Below, in pieces: positions 54,208-57,066 of a DNA stretch of 57,066 nucleotides. The notes under the pieces were generated by a model. It saw only the letters and a program-made list of their open reading frames with translations, did no database searches and was not told the origin of the DNA. This DNA comes from Bacteroidales bacterium (GTDB lineage: Bacteria; Bacteroidota; Bacteroidia; Bacteroidales; VadinHA17): positions 1-57,066 of the forward strand of contig DAOQAX010000001.1 of assembly GCA_035354395.1 (NCBI GenBank). Reading direction: 5' to 3'. A program made the position numbers and the translations under genes. How positions within the stretch are numbered: position 1 is the first letter of the stretch; each line of letters starts with the position of its first letter.

Positions 54208-55203
54208 ATGAAAAAACAGCTTCTATCAAAATTACTATTTATAACCGGAATACTGTTTACCGGCCTTATTATCCTTTCTGTGGTTTTTGCCCTTACAGGC
54301 TTTCTAAACATGAATAAAAAAACAAATGCCAACATCCTCATTGCCGAAGGCTGGCTTCCTTCTGATGGCATTCAGGCTGCGTGCAACGAGTTTAAAACCA
54401 TTGACTATCAATATTTACTGACAACAGGCTTAGAAACTGATTTTGACGGAGGCTTCATGTATTCCAGAGGGTACCTGATTTTTTATCCGCGAGAAATACT
54501 GGCTGACAATAATGCATCCGGCAAACATATAATCGAAGTCAGCGCCTTCAGCGAACTGGACGGAGAGAATGCAGCCTGTTTTGATCTTTATATAAACGAT
54601 ACTATATTCAAAGCTATCACAACCAGCAAAAGAATCAGAAAATATGAAATAGCCTGGAAAGGCAGGCTTTCGGACATTGATTCGATCACTATCTCATTCA
54701 CCAATGATTCTTTTGGAGATTTTGGAGACAGAAACCTTTATATTAAAAGTATTACTATTGATAAAAAAATCATTATCCCTATTTTAAACTACTCCGAATA
54801 TGACCTGAACGATCTTGACGGTAAGGACCGGATCAAAAACGACTTCACATCCTATGCAGCAAAAGCCAAGGAAGATTTTGAAAGGCATGGGATAGATCCT
54901 CATTGTATTATTTCCCTCCCGGCAAAAAAAACATCCTTAAACAGAACCCTTGCAAGTGCAATCGAAGTCAAAAAATGGCTCGATACTTCCAGTATTAAGG
55001 TGACAGGCGTTAATATCATAAGCTATGGCATGCATGCAAGGAGAACCTGGATCATTTACTCAAAAATACTTGGCAATAAAGCAAATGTAGGTATTGTGTC
55101 ACTGCCTGATAATATTAACCTCTCTCGAACTGATAAAATTTTTAGGGCTTTAAGAGAAACACTGGGAATATTGTATTACCGTCTCATTCTTTTGTTTTAC
55201 TGA
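54208..55203 (+). CDS. Membrane-anchored DUF218-like protein with an inserted CBM-like module, paralog 2
   Basis: Collinear with 51965-52951, with roughly half the residues identical by eye. The insert carries the fuller motif SITISFTNDSFGDFGDRNLYIKSITID (ND....DRNLY type). DUF218-like C-terminal NRTLASAIEVKKW...NIISYGMHARRTWIIYSKILG. Confidence 0.55.
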   Translation: MKKQLLSKLLFITGILFTGLIILSVVFALTGFLNMNKKTNANILIAEGWLPSDGIQAACNEFKTIDYQYLLTTGLETDFDGGFMYSRGYLIFYPREILADNNASGKHIIEVSAFSELDGENAACFDLYINDTIFKAITTSKRIRKYEIAWKGRLSDIDSITISFTNDSFGDFGDRNLYIKSITIDKKIIIPILNYSEYDLNDLDGKDRIKNDFTSYAAKAKEDFERHGIDPHCIISLPAKKTSLNRTLASAIEVKKWLDTSSIKVTGVNIISYGMHARRTWIIYSKILGNKANVGIVSLPDNINLSRTDKIFRALRETLGILYYRLILLFY

Positions 55204-55231
55204 CCTGTGTCACAAAACAATAAAGACAAAA

Positions 55232-57066
55232 CTATTTTAATAAGGTAACAACAACCCGTTGATTTCTTCTTCTTTCTTTTTCTGAGTTATCACGGGCAAA
55301 TGGTCTTGTATCGCCATAGCCTCTGAAAGTAAGCCGTTTAGAATCAATCCCCCTTGAGATCAAGTATTTAACAATGGTCAGATTTCTTTGAACAGAAAGC
55401 TGATGATTAGCCTTTGCGTTTCCTGCTCTGTCAGTTTGAGTCTCAATTAAGAGGTTACAATCAGGGTACCTGTTCAACAATGTTACTATCTGATCCAAAA
55501 AGGTAAAGCCGGTCGAATTCAATCGGGAGTCATACTTCTCGAAAAAATCATCAGCACAATCACCATAAATATGTCTGACCTGATTAAGATTCTGTTCTTC
55601 AGGTGAGGCTATGATATGATGTTGAATTTCAACATCTTTGAAACCCAGTAAGAGAGCATCGTTATATATTGTATAGGCATTCAGAAAATCCAGTTCCTCA
55701 CCTATGATATATTTAAATAAACCCGTTTCGGAGTTATATTCCTCTCTGATAAAGTACTTGTTATCTATATTCCTGAAAGAAGGGTCTTTAAGATCGTTGT
55801 GTGATTTTGAGGAAAATAAAACAACCGAATACAAAATATTGTTACTGCTATCAGAAGCAAATTGAGCGCTGCTGATAATATTAACATGATCATATTCTGA
55901 TACTTCCGGCACAATACTTTCAGGAGAATAGTCTGACAGATGGGACCTTTCCTCAGCCAGACTATTGAATACTCTTATGGTTTTGTAAACATATGGCCGT
56001 GATAACTGGCCGGACTTAAGATCTTCAAGCGAGATAGCAAGTTTAACCCTGTATTCTCCGGCATGGGTAAATTTATGAGAAGCTTTCGCACCATAAGAAA
56101 CAGATCCGTCTCCAAAATCCCAATAATACTTATGTGCCATTTTATCAGTAAAATATGATTTTTGAGTATCGAATTCAATATCTTCATTTACGATAGCAAA
56201 ATCATCTGATGAAATAAATGGCTGCTCAATCTCTTTGATTTCAAAAGAGATCTGCTGCTTAACGAATAGTTTTCGACCTGAATCCTTATTTACAATATGC
56301 TCTTCAGCGTTATAAACTCCCGGGCCCTTAAAACAATGCTCTACATCTTTTCCTTCAATGGTTTTTGTATCATCAAAACTCCATTGATAAAGCATACTTG
56401 AAGGGTCAATATCAATTTCAGGCCCATTTTTAAATTGAAAGCAATAATTGTTTATTCTCTGCTGCTGACAATAGAAGAACTGTGGCATCAATGTAGTAAA
56501 GGAATATATATCATATGAGCCATTTCTGTTTGTGGAAAAATAACCCCGACTCATTATTGGATCAGTAACCAGGCCAAAGTCGTCATACTTAGAATTTATT
56601 GGTGCCTTTAAAAGAACGGGTTCAAGCCATGCAGAATCAACATATTTAGTGAAATATATATCCTTCCCTCCCAAACCGCCCGGTTTGTCAGAGGAGAAAA
56701 ATAATTCGTCTTTATTACCGGCGAAAGGATAGGATTCATTTGCAGGTGTGTTAATAACAGTTCCCGGATTTACAGGTTCGCCCCAGAAATCGCCCATCCA
56801 ATCACAATAATAGATATCTGTTCCTCCATAGCCACCCGATTTATCAGAAACGAAATATAACCGGGTCCCATCCGGCGACAGGCATGGGTCAGTAATATTA
56901 TACCATTCGTTGTTGTACCGGAAACTCTTGGGTTCTTTCCAGTTTCCATCATACTGCGAATAAAACAACCCGAGTTTATTTCTGGTTGAAGACAATTCGC
57001 TTATACTACCTTCGATATAGATATTGCGTGAAAAATATATTGTTTTCCCATCAGAGCTAAATGAAA
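55232..57066 (-). CDS. TolB-like (PD40) repeat / PKD / OmpA-domain envelope protein, 5-prime end outside the window
   Basis: C-terminal OmpA-like NHQLSVQRNLTIVKYLISRGI...GYGDTRPF...RRRNQRVVV. PKD signature YYWDFGDGS. PD40-like repeats (SPDGTRLYFVSDKSGGYGGTDIY, FFSSDKPGGLGGKDIY). The frame stays open upstream of the track TTG (56995) to the window edge, reading ..FSSDGKTIYFSRN.. by my manual translation. Confidence 0.8.
   Translation of the reverse strand, partial: SFSSDGKTIYFSRNIYIEGSISELSSTRNKLGLFYSQYDGNWKEPKSFRYNNEWYNITDPCLSPDGTRLYFVSDKSGGYGGTDIYYCDWMGDFWGEPVNPGTVINTPANESYPFAGNKDELFFSSDKPGGLGGKDIYFTKYVDSAWLEPVLLKAPINSKYDDFGLVTDPIMSRGYFSTNRNGSYDIYSFTTLMPQFFYCQQQRINNYCFQFKNGPEIDIDPSSMLYQWSFDDTKTIEGKDVEHCFKGPGVYNAEEHIVNKDSGRKLFVKQQISFEIKEIEQPFISSDDFAIVNEDIEFDTQKSYFTDKMAHKYYWDFGDGSVSYGAKASHKFTHAGEYRVKLAISLEDLKSGQLSRPYVYKTIRVFNSLAEERSHLSDYSPESIVPEVSEYDHVNIISSAQFASDSSNNILYSVVLFSSKSHNDLKDPSFRNIDNKYFIREEYNSETGLFKYIIGEELDFLNAYTIYNDALLLGFKDVEIQHHIIASPEEQNLNQVRHIYGDCADDFFEKYDSRLNSTGFTFLDQIVTLLNRYPDCNLLIETQTDRAGNAKANHQLSVQRNLTIVKYLISRGIDSKRLTFRGYGDTRPFARDNSEKERRRNQRVVVTLLK

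Noticed and set aside
1-57066. Scan for rRNA, tRNA, CRISPR arrays, tandem repeats, IS elements, toxin-antitoxin or known defence-system genes
   Set aside because: None was recognisable. All gaps longer than 100 bp are AT-rich spacers without repeat-spacer periodicity or cloverleaf-like GC-rich segments. No ORF shows nuclease, helicase, methylase or integrase motifs.

Overview
This is an AT-rich window with no obvious Shine-Dalgarno sequences. It looks Bacteroidota-like (TAnnTTTG -7-type boxes, TolB/PKD/OmpA and exosortase families); the taxon is inference only. Left end, 102-6818: an initiating sugar-phosphate transferase, a tiny secreted protein with a PEP-CTERM-like tail, a convergent exosortase-family membrane protein, then Wza/Wzc-type export genes. 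From 51760 down to 6970 there are 24 consecutive minus-strand genes with no strand change. The first part is a three-protein NRPS/PKS assembly line (C-A-T; KS-AT-CP-C-A-T; [C-A-T]x3) with an embedded KASIII-ACP-KASIII-SDR cassette and an Sfp-type PPTase. It runs directly into GNAT, deacetylase, glycosyltransferase, AsnB, CapK-like and oxidoreductase genes, WecG, a secreted beta-helix protein, Wzx, a Wzy-like protein, two GTs and the FnlA/B/C (CapE/F/G) UDP-L-FucNAc pathway. Right end: two paralogous DUF218-like membrane proteins with an inserted CBM-like module flank a second UDP-GlcNAc 2-epimerase, followed by a partial TolB-repeat/PKD/OmpA protein. I saw no rRNA, tRNA, CRISPR array, transposase or integrase. 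The main candidate for something new is the physical and apparently operonic fusion of an exosortase-type Wzx/Wzy polysaccharide locus with a Gly-rich lipopeptide assembly line. By manual specificity-code reading that line has one Ser, two Gly and two Gly-like modules plus one malonyl ketide. It has no release domain, and its two C-terminal A-T didomains are about 78 percent identical. All family calls are by-eye motif recognition and need HMM or BLAST confirmation.
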